Assembly: GCA_965248445.1 (NCBI GenBank)
Contig: CBDFJG010000002.1
Span: 320,001-384,000 of the forward strand
Origin: Planctomycetota bacterium
GTDB lineage: Bacteria; Planctomycetota; JAJSAM01; JAJVHW01
Length of the DNA: 64,000 nucleotides
Direction of reading: 5' to 3'
This document shows, piece by piece, positions 1 through 11,126 of this stretch; within the stretch, counting starts at the first letter, position 1, and every line of letters begins with the position of its first letter. Made by a program: the position numbers and the translations under genes. The notes beneath the pieces are model-generated. The model made no database searches. It saw only the letters and a program-made list of their open reading frames with translations, and was not told the DNA's origin.

Positions 1-377
1 GCGGCGCCCGCACCGAGGCCGACGAGAACGACGGCCGCCGCCGCCGAACGCATCAACAGAACGCGGCCGGCGGGAGTCGGCTCGTCGGTGGCGCCGCCCT
101 CCGCACCATCGCCAGCCTCCGCACCATCGACTGGCTCGCCACCGATCCGTTGCAGGACGCGGCGCCGGAACACGGGTGTCGCGACGGCGCGGGTCTCCGC
201 GCTCTCCCAGCGGCGCAGAACGCCGCTGACCGCGCCCAACCGCGCCAGGTCGCGTGCGCACGGGCCGCACGCTTCGACGTGACGCCGAATCTCCCGTTCG
301 CGGGCGGGCTCGAGTTCGCCGTCGAGCAGAGCGGAGAGATCCGGCTCGTGCTCGGCGCAGTCACCACGGATTCTCAT
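1..377 (-). CDS. Anti-sigma factor with zf-HC2 zinc finger (runs off the window edge)
   Basis: ATG at 377 overlaps the sigma factor stop (ATGA). Manual translation MRIRGDCAEHEPDLSALLDGEL...RRHVEACGPC shows the C...HxxxCxxC motif, followed by a hydrophobic TM segment. Confidence 0.85.
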   Translation of the reverse strand, partial: MRIRGDCAEHEPDLSALLDGELEPAREREIRRHVEACGPCARDLARLGAVSGVLRRWESAETRAVATPVFRRRVLQRIGGEPVDGAEAGDGAEGGATDEPTPAGRVLLMRSAAAAVVLVGLGAGA

Positions 378-1081
378 GAGCGCACCTCGCGCTCCACGAT
401 TCGGCGCAGTCGCTCGGCGAGCCGCTTCCGGCCGCGGTGGATCCAGGTCTTCACCTCGGCGAGCGTCGCCTCCATCACGGTCGCGATCTCGTCGTACGAC
501 AGACCCTCGAACTCGCGGAGTGAGAGCGCGCGCATGTGCTTCTCGGGCAGGGTCGCCACGACGCGTCGCACGAGCATGCGGTCCTCCTCGGCCTCGGCCA
601 GGACGTCGGGTCGGTGGGCACCGGGGTGCGCCACCGACGCGTCCAGGACGAAGCTGTCCTCGATGGTCTCGCCGCCCTCCTGCCGCCGCCGCGCCTTTCG
701 CAGCTGGTCGCGGCAGAGGTTGCCGAGCACGGTGTAAAAGTACGTACTGAAGCGCGCATCGGGCCGGTAGCGGTGCGCGGCCCGGTAGAGCCGCACGAAC
801 GTCTCCTGGGCCACGTCCTCGGCCAACTGGTGGTCGCCGAAGACGCGGAACGCATACCGCTTGGCAGGCCCCTCCCAGCGCTCCATCAGCAGACGGAGAG
901 CCGGCAGGTCGCCCGCAGCGATCCGCTCCATGAGTTGCTCGTCACCTGGCACCGGGGTCCGGAACCTCCTGCGCACGAGGGTAAACGAGGGCCGCGGACC
1001 CGGAGTTGCACCCTCAGCGCCAGAAGCCGCCCTCGGAGCCTGGCCTGGGCTCGCCGGGGGCCCGTCAGCCCGCCCGTTCAC
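374..1081 (-). CDS. ECF RNA polymerase sigma-70 factor (true start may be further downstream)
   Basis: Region 2 AEDVAQETFVRLY..FSTYFY; region 4 LREFEGLSYDEIA..VKTWIHRGR. Confidence 0.93.
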   Translation of the reverse strand: MNGRADGPPASPGQAPRAASGAEGATPGPRPSFTLVRRRFRTPVPGDEQLMERIAAGDLPALRLLMERWEGPAKRYAFRVFGDHQLAEDVAQETFVRLYRAAHRYRPDARFSTYFYTVLGNLCRDQLRKARRRQEGGETIEDSFVLDASVAHPGAHRPDVLAEAEEDRMLVRRVVATLPEKHMRALSLREFEGLSYDEIATVMEATLAEVKTWIHRGRKRLAERLRRIVEREVRS

Positions 1082-1313
1082 CAGGTTTGCGCGGTCGTGG
1101 CGCGCAGCGAACGAGGTCCGTGTCTGTCTTGCGTGCGGCGATTTTGCGCGCGCCTTACCGAGGTCGTCCTGAGCCAGGACAGAGTGTCGAGCTCAAGGCG
1201 CGCCGCCGAACGCACTCCTGAACGGGTTGTGGAGGCGGCGCAACGCAGAGATCGGCGCTCTGGGCCGCTCAGGCGCGTGAAGCCGGTGAACGATGCGGGT
1301 TAGAGTCGCGCCC

Positions 1314-2663
1314 ATGCGAGTACTCATCGTGGACGACGAACAGGACATCCGGGACACCCTGGCCATGGTCCTGGACTACGAGGGCTACGAGACCGTCCAG
1401 GCGGGGAGCGCCTCGAAGGCCCTCCAGATCCTCGACACGGAGGAGACGCCCGACGTCTGCATCCTGGACGTCAAGATGCCCGGCCGCGACGGCCTGGACC
1501 TCCTGGCCGAGTTGCGCGACCGGTATCCGTCGATGGCGGTCGTGATGGTCTCCGGCCACGGCGACGCGCACATGGGCTTCGAGGCGAGCAAGCGCGGCGC
1601 GTACGAGTTCATGGAGAAGCCGCTCAGCGAGGAACGCGTGCTCCTGTCGGTCCGCAACGCCGCCGTGCGTTCGGAATTGCAGAAGGAGAACGTCGTCCTC
1701 AAGCGCAAGGTCGGCGACCGCTTCGCGATCCTCGGCGAGAGCCAGCCGATGATGGACATCCAGGCGATGATCGACCGCGTCGCTCCCGCACAGGCGCGTG
1801 TGCTCATCACCGGCGAGAACGGCACCGGCAAGGAACTGGTCGCGCGCAACCTGCACGAACGAAGCACGCGGTGGAAGAAGCCGTTCGTCGAGGTCAACTG
1901 CGCGGCGATCCCGCGCGAACTGATCGAGAGCGAATTGTTCGGTCACGAGAAGGGCTCGTTCACCGGCGCACAGGAAGCGCGCAAAGGGCGCTTCGAGGTC
2001 GCGCACAGCGGCACGCTGTTCCTCGACGAGATCGGTGACATGGATCCCTCAGCGCAGGCCAAAGTGCTGCGCGTGCTCGAGACGGGCGAGGTGACGCGCG
2101 TCGGCTCGGACAAGTCCCACCAAGTGGACGTCCGGGTCATCGCGGCCACCAACAAGGACCTGCAGGCGGAGGTGGACGAGGGCCGCTTCCGCGAGGATCT
2201 GCTCTACCGCTTGAACGTCGTCGAGATCCACCTCCCCCCGCTCCACCGTCGGAAGGAGGACGTTCCCCTCCTCGCCCGCCACTTCCTGCTCGCGGCCTGC
2301 CGGCGCAACGACATGAAGCCACGGAAGCTGCACAAGGACTGCGAGGCGTGGCTCTCGGCCCAGGTCTACCCAGGCAACGTCCGCCAGCTCCGCAACCTGA
2401 TGGAGAGACTGGCGATCTTGGCCGATGGAGATCCCGTCCCCCAGTCCGAGGCCGAGCGCCTGCTGCGCCCGCGCCGAGGAGCGGCGGCGGGCGACCCCTT
2501 CACCAGTTGCGAGACGTTCTCCGAGTTCAAGGACGAGAGCGAACGCCTCTTCTTGGAGCAGAAGCTCATCGAGAACGGATGGAACATCAAACGCACCTCA
2601 GAGCGGCTCAAGATGATGCGCTCGAATCTCTACAAGAAGATCGAGAAGTACAAGCTGAAGTGA
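1314..2663 (+). CDS. Sigma-54-dependent response regulator (NtrC/NtrX family)
   Basis: REC domain (LIVDDE, LDVKMP), Walker [43 protein letters not shown]-terminal Fis-type HTH. Confidence 0.95.
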   Translation: MRVLIVDDEQDIRDTLAMVLDYEGYETVQAGSASKALQILDTEETPDVCILDVKMPGRDGLDLLAELRDRYPSMAVVMVSGHGDAHMGFEASKRGAYEFMEKPLSEERVLLSVRNAAVRSELQKENVVLKRKVGDRFAILGESQPMMDIQAMIDRVAPAQARVLITGENGTGKELVARNLHERSTRWKKPFVEVNCAAIPRELIESELFGHEKGSFTGAQEARKGRFEVAHSGTLFLDEIGDMDPSAQAKVLRVLETGEVTRVGSDKSHQVDVRVIAATNKDLQAEVDEGRFREDLLYRLNVVEIHLPPLHRRKEDVPLLARHFLLAACRRNDMKPRKLHKDCEAWLSAQVYPGNVRQLRNLMERLAILADGDPVPQSEAERLLRPRRGAAAGDPFTSCETFSEFKDESERLFLEQKLIENGWNIKRTSERLKMMRSNLYKKIEKYKLK

Positions 2664-4645
2664 CGGCGGCCGCGGGCTCGCGGGGGCGCGCGGCACACAC
2701 GCTGCTTCCTCGCGACGCCCGTCCCGTGGCCCTCACCCTCTTCGCCGGCCTGGTCCTCCTCGCCGGATGCGCGTCGTCGGGGAACGACGCCGATGCAACG
2801 GCGGTCCGTGCCCGCATGGACGGCGACCGCCTCCTCGACGCGGGCGACTATGTCGGCGCCTCCCGCGCGTACGACCGACAACTGCAAGCCGCAGAGGACT
2901 CCCCCGCCGTCCGCGAGCGTGTGCGCACCGCGCGGCTCCTCGGCGCCAAGCGACTAGCGGACAACGCGCTGCGCTTCGCCGAGCGCGGCGAGTCGGACCG
3001 AGCGATGGCGGCCATCGAGGGCGCCGAGCGCCTGTGGAAAGGGCACGCGTACGTGCGGCGCGCCCGCGCACAGGTCGAGGCGCTCGCGGGCGGCGACGCG
3101 CGTGCACGCTCGCTGCGGGACGCAGGACGCGACGCCCTGCTCGACGATCCCTCGGGCGCTGTGGACCTGCTGGCTGAGGCCCGCGAGGCCGACCCGAACG
3201 ACCCGCGCACCGTCGCGCTCTTGCGAGAGGCGACGCTGCGGTCCGAGGCTGATCGCGCCGCGCAGCGTGCGGGCCGGGCCTGGGACCAGGGCGAGCGGAA
3301 GCGCGCGCTCCGCGACCTCGCAGTGGCGCAGTTCGGCGGACGGCCGGTGCCCGCTGCTGACGCGCTGCGCGACGTCATCGCGTTCGATGTCCTCTCCGAG
3401 GCGGAGGAGGGCGACCTGCTGACGGCGGCCGGCGCACTGTCCGTCGCCACGCGAGCCGGCTTGCGCGCACGCGACGTCCGCGCGGTGCGCAGTGCCTACG
3501 GGACGCGGCTCATTGCGGAGCGCGACCGGCTGCTGCGAGACGGCCGGCCCGCGCTGGCTGCGCTCCACGAAGTCGCAGCGGAGCGCTCCGGTGCGCGGGC
3601 CGGAACCCGCGCGCGTACGGAGGCCGCGGAACGCGCGCGCCTCGTCATCTTTGTTCCGCCGTTCGCGGATCCGACAGGCGCCGTCGACGGAACAGCAGTC
3701 GCCCGACTGACGGCGGAACGCCTGGCCGCCGACGCCCGCCATGGCGGGATCGCCATCAGCGTGCTGGGTCCGGAGGACGCGGGCGTCGCGACGGCACACC
3801 CGCGCGCGCTGGTCGTCGATGCGGTCATCGAGCAATCCCGCGTCGGCCAGGGACCGCATGCCGCGACGTCCCGCAACGTGGAAACGCGGGTCGGTGAGCG
3901 CCTCGAATCCAACCCGGCGGCCGCAGCCGCGGCCGACCGCTTGAAGCAGGCGCGTCAAGACCTGGCGCACGTGGATGAGAACCTCGCCGCCGCGAACGCC
4001 GAACTGCGCGCGCTGCGGGCATCGCCATTCAGTGGATCGCGGAGGAACTCCGCAGAGTCACTCGACCTGGCGATGGCGCGAGCGCGCGAACTCGTCAAGG
4101 CGCTCGAGACCCAGCGGGCCGAACTACGGACCGAGGAGCAGAAGGCCCGCCGCGCCGTCGTCGCCGCGCCGCCGACGCGCAGGGTGGACGTCACCGAGTC
4201 CCGACGCGTGAAGATCACGTCGTTCCGCAAGGCCGCGGTCGTCACCGCCCGGGTACGGCTGCTGGACTCCGGGGCGGTGCTCCTCGACGAACGGATCTCC
4301 GGCAGCGCGGTCCACGACGAGCGGTTCCACGACGGCGTCCCGGGCGCGGACCTGGCCGAGGACCCCGACGAGAGCCCCGACGACCTCGGGATGGCCGGCC
4401 TGGCCGAGGAGCACCTGGCGAGGCTGGTCGCAGCCCGGCTCCGGTCCGCGGCGGCTCAGGGGGCCGGCCGGTACCTCACGGCCGCCGACGCCGCCCTGGC
4501 CGCAGGGCGGACGAGTGACGCCACGGAGGGATACGCCCTGTATCTTCTGGTGACACCCGACGTAGCCTCAGAGGCGCGGGAACGGGCGGCCCGCGCCTTG
4601 CGTGAGACAGCTGGGTTCGAGCCGCCCGTGCGGCGCCTGCGCTGA
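2660..4645 (+). CDS. Putative lipoprotein with TPR-like/coiled-coil regions
   Basis: GTG overlaps the upstream TGA; lipobox LLAGC; alanine-rich helical repeats. Confidence 0.65.
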   Translation: MTAAAGSRGRAAHTLLPRDARPVALTLFAGLVLLAGCASSGNDADATAVRARMDGDRLLDAGDYVGASRAYDRQLQAAEDSPAVRERVRTARLLGAKRLADNALRFAERGESDRAMAAIEGAERLWKGHAYVRRARAQVEALAGGDARARSLRDAGRDALLDDPSGAVDLLAEAREADPNDPRTVALLREATLRSEADRAAQRAGRAWDQGERKRALRDLAVAQFGGRPVPAADALRDVIAFDVLSEAEEGDLLTAAGALSVATRAGLRARDVRAVRSAYGTRLIAERDRLLRDGRPALAALHEVAAERSGARAGTRARTEAAERARLVIFVPPFADPTGAVDGTAVARLTAERLAADARHGGIAISVLGPEDAGVATAHPRALVVDAVIEQSRVGQGPHAATSRNVETRVGERLESNPAAAAAADRLKQARQDLAHVDENLAAANAELRALRASPFSGSRRNSAESLDLAMARARELVKALETQRAELRTEEQKARRAVVAAPPTRRVDVTESRRVKITSFRKAAVVTARVRLLDSGAVLLDERISGSAVHDERFHDGVPGADLAEDPDESPDDLGMAGLAEEHLARLVAARLRSAAAQGAGRYLTAADAALAAGRTSDATEGYALYLLVTPDVASEARERAARALRETAGFEPPVRRLR

Positions 4646-4739
4646 CGCGGAGGCTCCTGCGAGCTCGGAGGACACTCCGGGGTACGTTGCTGCCGAATGA
4701 GGACCGCCAAGCGGGCCCGAGCCGATCGAGAGAGAAACC

Positions 4740-5270
4740 GTGATCACGAAGCGCCCTGCCACCGTCCTGACCCTGCTCGCCGCTCTGGCGATGCTGGGCC
4801 CGGTCCCCGATGCGCATGCGCGGGGCGCCCCCGCGCGCGGGGGCATGGCCGGCGGCGCGGCCCTCCTGCGCGGTGGTGGCGAGAAGAAGAAGAAGAAGAA
4901 GAAGCGCACGGCCGACCAGCGGCTGCTCGACGCGGTCGCGAGTCAGTTCCAGGCCGAGGACTACACCGCGCTCGGGCGCCGGATGCCCGGCGGGAAGAGC
5001 AAGATGTCGTTGCGCCTCGGCGACGCAGTGGGTCGCTATCAGCGGGCCAGTGCCGAGGGCGTGCTGAAGGAGTGGTTCCGCAAGCGGGAGATCGTTCTGG
5101 TCAAGCGGACATCCAACGACGGCCTCGTCGGCGAATTCGAGCTGACGTTCCGCCGGACCGGGCGCGACGAGAAGCAGAAGCGAACGCTGACGATCGGCCT
5201 GCGCCGCTCCAAGACCAAGGACGGCAAGGAAGTCGAGACACTCGTTCAGATCGAGGTCCACGGGACGTAG
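4740..5270 (+). CDS. Secreted hypothetical protein (weak DUF4783-like resemblance), poly-Lys tract
   Basis: Signal peptide (..AHA), (AAG)7 at 4884-4904, segment GRYQRASAEGVLKEWF. Confidence 0.55.
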   Translation: MITKRPATVLTLLAALAMLGPVPDAHARGAPARGGMAGGAALLRGGGEKKKKKKKRTADQRLLDAVASQFQAEDYTALGRRMPGGKSKMSLRLGDAVGRYQRASAEGVLKEWFRKREIVLVKRTSNDGLVGEFELTFRRTGRDEKQKRTLTIGLRRSKTKDGKEVETLVQIEVHGT

Positions 5271-5419
5271 CTGCGTGCCGCAGCCAGCCATCGAGGTGGC
5301 GGGCGGCGATCTCGCCGAAGTCCCCGATCGCGCTGCTAGCGGGCGTCCGGCGCGCCCACATGCGACGATCTCCACTCGATGGAGCAAGCAAGTGAGTTCC
5401 GTGCAGTGGAGCGCACGCG

Positions 5420-8400
5420 GTGACGAGTGACGGCGTGCGTCGCGCCTCCGTCGTCGCGCTGCTCGCTGCAGCAGGGGTGCTCGTGCTGCTCGTCGGTCTG
5501 TCCGAGTGGCGTACTGCCGCGGAACGGGGACGAGCGGGCGAGGGCCCCGTCGCCGTCGACGTTGAGGCGGCGCGGACCGAACTGGCAAACCGGCTGCTGG
5601 CGCTCGAGGAGGCCTGCGCGGACACCGCGGAGGAGGCGCTCGAGCGCACCGCGCAGCGGGTGGAGCCGGTGGCCATCTTCGAAGCGCTCCATGCGGTGCC
5701 GCTACCCGCGGGCGCCGGAGCTCACGTCGAGGATCGCCTCGGGCGGATTCTGGCGTGGGCCGGCACGACCCTCGACGACACCGTCGCTCGTGCGATCCCG
5801 CGCGACGGCGACGGCGGGCGGCTGTTCGACACACCGAACGGACGCCGCATCTCCGTGCGCCGCACGCGCTCGTCGCCGGTGGAGGAAGAGCCCGTCATCG
5901 CGCTCTGTCACATGCCCGTCGAGCAGCTATTCCCGCAACGTACTCGGTTCCTGACCTCTTTCTCGCTCGGTGACGAGATTGCGGACGGGTACCGCGTCGG
6001 CGCCGTGCGGATCCTGCCGCCCGAAGCCGGAGTCGGCATCGTGCTGCCGAGCATGTTCGGCGGCGACCTGGTCAGTGTGGACGTGGAACCGCTCTCACCG
6101 ACGGCGTGGCGCGAGCGTGTTTCGCAGCGCGCGGACGAATCGCGCGCGCTCCTCCTGCTCTTGCTGACGCTCGTGCTCACACTGCTGGCGTGGTGGCGGG
6201 CGCCTGCCGTCGCGCACCGCTGGTCCGGGAGTTCGCACGCAGGGCATCTTGCGCGCGGCGTCGTCGTCGTTGCCGCACGCGTCGCGCTGGCGTTCGTGTC
6301 GCTCCGCGACGTGTTTCCCGGTGGATCCATGACCAGCGCCGGCACGTTCAACGCCAGCTGGCCGCTCGGTCTGGGAGCGACGCCTCTGGATGTCCTTCTC
6401 ACGTGCCTGGCGGCACTCGGCGTCATCCTCGCCTTGCGGGGCGCTGCGGAAGCCGGGCGCCGTCGACCGCTGCCGGCCCCCGTGTTCATCGGCATCGTCG
6501 TCGTCGCCGCGATCGCCGCCCGGATCGTGCTGGGAGCGCTCATCTCGGAGGTAGCGCTCACGGCACGCGTTCAGGTGTTCGTGCCCGAGCAGATCCTGCC
6601 GGGAGCCGCCGGAGCAGCGCTGTTCGGTGGGTTCGTCGTCGCGGGTTCCGCGGCGGTGATCCTGATGGAGTCGCTCTGGCGCCACTTCGCGCCGGACTCG
6701 CTCGCAGGACCGCAGTACCGGTTGCTCGCCTGCGTCCTGGGCGCGGCCCTGCTCTCTCCCGTGTCGTACTCGGACGCGCGCTTTCAGTGGCTGCTGGTGG
6801 TCATCGGCATGCTGGGCTTCGGGGCGGCCTTGGCCGCGACCGCGTTCGGGCGCGGCGCGGCCGCGCGGGCCGCGGCCATCCCGCTGGGCGTGGCGATCGG
6901 CGTGTTCGCACCCGCACAGCTCGGTCTGCTCGCGTCGGCGCAAGCGGACGTCGAGGATCTCGTGCAGATGCGCGACGAAGGCGGCGTCGACGAAGAGACG
7001 CGCATCGCGCGCCTGCGCGTGAAGTCGCTCCTCACGGAACTCACCGAGTCCGAGCGCCTGCAAGCGGGACTGGCACGGCGGAACACACCGCCCGACCTCG
7101 CGGCTACGCTGTGGAAGCACAGCCGGCTCGCGGAGCTTCATTACGGGTCGTCGCTGTCGGTCGGTCCGCTGGATCCGCAGGCGGGGCACATCTCGCCCGT
7201 GGGGTTCTCCGCCGGGCTGCCACCAACGCAGTGGCTACCCGATCCGGGCGCGTTCCCGGGCAACCGTGAACTGTGGGTACACGAATACAACGAGGGCCGC
7301 GGCGCTGGACGCGGTGGCCGCTGGGTGGTCGGAGAGACGCCCATAGCAGTCGACGGCACGGAGGTCGCCTACGTCCGTGTGATCCTGCAGGTTCGTCCCC
7401 CATCGGTGCAGGAGGTGCCGCGGCTGGCGTCCGTCGAGGAGATGAAGACGCACCCGGAGACGGCGCGTCTCCCGCCGATGGACTTGTACGACTACGAGGG
7501 CAAGCTCGAGGTCATCGACAACCCGAGACGGCCAGGCGGCCCCCGCCTCGACGACGAGGCGCGCGCGGACGTGCTCGAAGAGGGTCGGTCGCTCTGGCGC
7601 AGCGACACCGTAGCGGGCGAGAACATCGACGTTCTCATCCACCCCCGCCGTGACGAGAGCGGGAACGTGATCGGCGCGTACGCCGCCGCGTTCGAGGGCA
7701 GCAGCGGACGGCGACTCGTGCTCAACGCGACGAAGGCGTCACTGTTCGGCGCGCTCCTCTCGCTGCTCGCCCTGGTCGTCTCCGCGCCGTGGTGGGCGCG
7801 TGGAGCGAAACTCCGCTTCTCCTACCGGCTGGTCATCTCGTACGCGCTCGTGGCCGCGCTGCCGCTGCTCGTGCTGGCCTGGGTCAACCGGGAGCTCGTG
7901 CGCGGTCGCGAGGCGACGGCGCGGCAGGACGCTGTCCGCGAACTGGTCTCGGCGCTCGCCGCGACTCTGCACGCCGACGACGTGCCCGAACGCCTGGCGC
8001 GCTTGCAGCCGGGCGACCTCGAGGTCGGTAGCGGCGCGACCGACGCGCTGAAGTCGGAGCTGTACTCCCCCGGCTACCCGCAGGGCCTCTACCTGGACGC
8101 GAGCCTTGGTCTCGTCACCGATCACGGACTTCTCGACACCCCGGTCATGCCGCCGCGCATGGACGGTAAGGCGTACCTCGAAGTGAACCTGCTCGAACGC
8201 CCGTTCCACGTCAGCAGCGTCGCGGCCGAGCGGGACGCTGTGGACGTGGGCTTCGCGCCGCTGCGCGGTCCGAACGGCGACGTCATCGGCGCGCTGTCAG
8301 TCCCGGTGATCCGAGAGGCGTGGCGCCGCGAGAAGGAGGAAGTCGACTCGATCACCACAGTCGCGGGCTTCTATCTGTTCTCGCTCGTTACCGTGATGCT

Positions 8401-9301
8401 CATCGGCGCGCTGCTCGCGCGCCGTCTGGCGGCACCACTGCGCGCGCTCCGCGACGGAACGAGGAGGGTCGCCCACGGCGACCTCTCGGTCCCGGTGCCG
8501 CCGCGCGGAAGCGGCGAGATGACGCAGGTCATCGAGGCGTTCAACGGGATGATGAGCGACTTGGCGGAGAGCCGCGAGAAGCTGGTTCGTGCCGAGAAGG
8601 AAGCCGCGTGGCGAGACATGGCTCGCCAGGTCGCGCACGAGGTCAAGAACCCGCTCACTCCGATGCGTCTGGCCGCGGAGCACCTGCGGCGCGCCCACGA
8701 GGACAACCACCCCGAATTCGACAGCGTGCTGCGTCGCGCCGTGGACGTGATCATCCGGCAGACGGAGACGCTGCGCCGGATCGTGACGGACTTCCGAGAC
8801 TTCGCCCGCATGCCGGTGCAGCGCCGCGACCCGGTCGACCTCGGCGGCCTGGTGCGGGACGTCCTCGCGCTCTACCGGGACATGCCGAACGTCACGGTCC
8901 AGATCGATGTCGCGCGGGGCGTCCCGGCCGTGCTGGCCGATCCGGACGAGCTGCGGCGGGTCATCGTCAACATCGCGGGGAACTCCGTCGAGTCGTTCGA
9001 CGGCCGCGACGGCACCGTGACCGCCCGCGTCACGGCGGACGGCGAGCACGTCGTCGCGACGCTCGTCGACGACGGGCCGGGCATCCCGGACAAGATTCTC
9101 CCCCGTCTCTTCGAGCCCTCGTTCTCCACGAAGACCGGCGGCACGGGCCTCGGTCTCGCGATCTGCAAGCGCGCCGTCGAGGATCTCGGAGGGACGATTG
9201 CGATCGAGAGTGCGCGCGGGAGCGGCACGCGCGTCACGATTCGCATTCCGCGCGCGCCGACGCAGGGAGCCGTCACTCCGCCCCCGTCGACGCTCGGCTG
9301 A
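5420..9301 (+). CDS. Large multi-TM HAMP sensor histidine kinase (NtrY-like)
   Basis: HAMP domain, H-box AWRDMARQVAHEVKNPLTP, DDGPGI, FSTKTGGTGLGL. Confidence 0.93.
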   Translation: MTSDGVRRASVVALLAAAGVLVLLVGLSEWRTAAERGRAGEGPVAVDVEAARTELANRLLALEEACADTAEEALERTAQRVEPVAIFEALHAVPLPAGAGAHVEDRLGRILAWAGTTLDDTVARAIPRDGDGGRLFDTPNGRRISVRRTRSSPVEEEPVIALCHMPVEQLFPQRTRFLTSFSLGDEIADGYRVGAVRILPPEAGVGIVLPSMFGGDLVSVDVEPLSPTAWRERVSQRADESRALLLLLLTLVLTLLAWWRAPAVAHRWSGSSHAGHLARGVVVVAARVALAFVSLRDVFPGGSMTSAGTFNASWPLGLGATPLDVLLTCLAALGVILALRGAAEAGRRRPLPAPVFIGIVVVAAIAARIVLGALISEVALTARVQVFVPEQILPGAAGAALFGGFVVAGSAAVILMESLWRHFAPDSLAGPQYRLLACVLGAALLSPVSYSDARFQWLLVVIGMLGFGAALAATAFGRGAAARAAAIPLGVAIGVFAPAQLGLLASAQADVEDLVQMRDEGGVDEETRIARLRVKSLLTELTESERLQAGLARRNTPPDLAATLWKHSRLAELHYGSSLSVGPLDPQAGHISPVGFSAGLPPTQWLPDPGAFPGNRELWVHEYNEGRGAGRGGRWVVGETPIAVDGTEVAYVRVILQVRPPSVQEVPRLASVEEMKTHPETARLPPMDLYDYEGKLEVIDNPRRPGGPRLDDEARADVLEEGRSLWRSDTVAGENIDVLIHPRRDESGNVIGAYAAAFEGSSGRRLVLNATKASLFGALLSLLALVVSAPWWARGAKLRFSYRLVISYALVAALPLLVLAWVNRELVRGREATARQDAVRELVSALAATLHADDVPERLARLQPGDLEVGSGATDALKSELYSPGYPQGLYLDASLGLVTDHGLLDTPVMPPRMDGKAYLEVNLLERPFHVSSVAAERDAVDVGFAPLRGPNGDVIGALSVPVIREAWRREKEEVDSITTVAGFYLFSLVTVMLIGALLARRLAAPLRALRDGTRRVAHGDLSVPVPPRGSGEMTQVIEAFNGMMSDLAESREKLVRAEKEAAWRDMARQVAHEVKNPLTPMRLAAEHLRRAHEDNHPEFDSVLRRAVDVIIRQTETLRRIVTDFRDFARMPVQRRDPVDLGGLVRDVLALYRDMPNVTVQIDVARGVPAVLADPDELRRVIVNIAGNSVESFDGRDGTVTARVTADGEHVVATLVDDGPGIPDKILPRLFEPSFSTKTGGTGLGLAICKRAVEDLGGTIAIESARGSGTRVTIRIPRAPTQGAVTPPPSTLG

Positions 9302-9515
9302 ATCCCGAAAGTCGGCCGACGATGAACGCACCATGCATGCACAGCGTCGAAGCGTCAGATTGACGTGACAGCGCGACGCGAACCGTGATTCCGTGTCGTG
9401 CGCATCGCGTGACCAACTCGCGCGGTTCACGCAATCTTGGTGCATCATGGACGCGGGAAAACCGTCCCGGGGGAGCGCTCCCCCAACCAATTCTATGCAG
9501 GGAGGCACTCGCACC

Positions 9516-9830
9516 ATGAAGAAGACGCTCTTCACTCTTATGCTGGTCGGCGCGCTCGCGACGTCGGCATGCCGCTCGGGTCCATCGCACCTCAGCTACT
9601 CGGTTGACGACTGGCGCAACCAGAACTACGTCGAGGATCCGGCGATGACGGGGCTGTTCACGGACGTCATCCCGTTCTATCCCGTCGTCACGCTGCTCGC
9701 CGGCATCCCCGATTGGCTCATTCTCAACCCGGTCCAGTTCTGGGGCGGCGACGTCTGGGAAGGCGCCGGAGCAGGCTTCTATCACGAGAATCCGGCCAGC
9801 GATCCGAAGACCCCCTGGTTCCACAGGTAG
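9516..9830 (+). CDS. Small lipoprotein (DUF3332-like)
   Basis: GGGAGG RBS; MKKTLF..ATSAC lipobox; DWLILNPVQFWGG motif. Confidence 0.65.
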   Translation: MKKTLFTLMLVGALATSACRSGPSHLSYSVDDWRNQNYVEDPAMTGLFTDVIPFYPVVTLLAGIPDWLILNPVQFWGGDVWEGAGAGFYHENPASDPKTPWFHR

Positions 9831-9888
9831 CGCTCACGTAGCGCAACCGGACCCCTGATCGAGCTCACAACCGGATCGAACTGTCACA

Positions 9889-9920
9889 GAACGGGCCGGC
9901 GCTCACGCGCCGGCCCGTTC
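9889..9920. terminator. Bidirectional hairpin between convergent genes
   Basis: Perfect 14-bp stem GAACGGGCCGGCGC / GCGCCGGCCCGTTC with a 4-nt loop. Confidence 0.7.
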
Positions 9921-9949
9921 GCGTTCAGCAACGCGCTCGCAACGCGCGG

Positions 9950-10987
9950 TCAGTCGTCCCTGCGCGGCAGGCTGGCCCCGACGTTGATCGGCACGTCCTT
10001 TCCGTCGCCGTGCAGCGTCCCGGTGATCGTCAGGCAGACTTGCTCGCCCTGTCCGCCGGCCGCTTCGATCGTGACCTTCCAATCGGTGCCGTCCCCCACG
10101 GACACGTAGCCGGAGTTGCCGACGCTGGAGATGTCCAGAGCCGAGACGGCCGGCGTCTGGATCTTGTTCGTGTCGATGCACTTCGAGAACGGGCCCGTGT
10201 CGAGGCCGCCCGGCACCTGCACCTGCACGGTCAAGATGACGTTCTTGTCCGTGACCTGGAGAATCCCGCACTGGTCGAGCGGGTCGTAGACGAACTCACC
10301 CAGGAACCGGCCCTTCGCACGGAACGGCTTCCCGTCGATCGTGCCGTCAACCGTGTTCCTCTTCTTCTTCACGGGCGGTAGCTCGATCTCGAGCGCGTCC
10401 GGACCGTCGAGCACAGCCGAACCGGCGCGCGCCTTGATCTCCACGACGGCGGGCGACTGCTTCACCTTCTTCGGCACGACGAACTGGATCATCGTGTCGG
10501 TCCAGACCTTCACCTTCGCCTTCTTGCCGCCGACGCAGACCTTCCCCTTCTTCCCGAAGCACACCCCAATGACCGTGACGAGATCCTTCGGGTTCGCGGG
10601 GTTCGGCGTGATCGACTCGTACGTCGGGACCTTGATCACGAGCCCGCACAGGATGACGAAGTCGGGCTGGCCAGGGCCGCTCACCGTGACGTCCCGCTTG
10701 CCCTCCAGCCCGCGCTTCAGCGTGCAGGAGATCAGGCCGAGTACGGCAGCGTGGACCTTGACCTTCGGCCGCTTGGGCTTCTTCGCACCGGTCTCGACGC
10801 TGGGCGTCAGGCGTACCTTGATCTTCTTTCGGTTGTCACCGAACTCGGGCGGCACCTCGACGTCGAACGTGTGACCGACCGCCACGGCGTTCGGCGTGAC
10901 GTCACCGACGTCGGCGCGAGCGATGCCCGGAAGTCCGATCCACGCGACTCCCAACGTGAGAACCAGAATCGACAACGATCGCAGCAC
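9950..10987 (-). CDS. Secreted IPT/TIG-domain protein
   Basis: Signal peptide; ITPNPANPKDLVTVIG..FG..VWTDTMIQFVVP resembles an IPT/TIG repeat. Confidence 0.7.
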   Translation of the reverse strand: MLRSLSILVLTLGVAWIGLPGIARADVGDVTPNAVAVGHTFDVEVPPEFGDNRKKIKVRLTPSVETGAKKPKRPKVKVHAAVLGLISCTLKRGLEGKRDVTVSGPGQPDFVILCGLVIKVPTYESITPNPANPKDLVTVIGVCFGKKGKVCVGGKKAKVKVWTDTMIQFVVPKKVKQSPAVVEIKARAGSAVLDGPDALEIELPPVKKKRNTVDGTIDGKPFRAKGRFLGEFVYDPLDQCGILQVTDKNVILTVQVQVPGGLDTGPFSKCIDTNKIQTPAVSALDISSVGNSGYVSVGDGTDWKVTIEAAGGQGEQVCLTITGTLHGDGKDVPINVGASLPRRDD

Positions 10988-11126
10988 GGTTGTCCCCTCT
11001 CCTTTGCAGCGGACGATCCCGAGCGGACCATCCCACCACGGTGGGAGGCGTCATCCACGACAACCCTGCCTCCGGCACCGCGCGGAGATGATGGCCTCCG
11101 GGCGCCGCGGGCGCCAGCGCGGTCCC

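Noticed and set aside
4884..4904. (AAG)7 as a contingency locus
   Set aside because: In-frame trinucleotide repeat; slippage would only change poly-Lys length.
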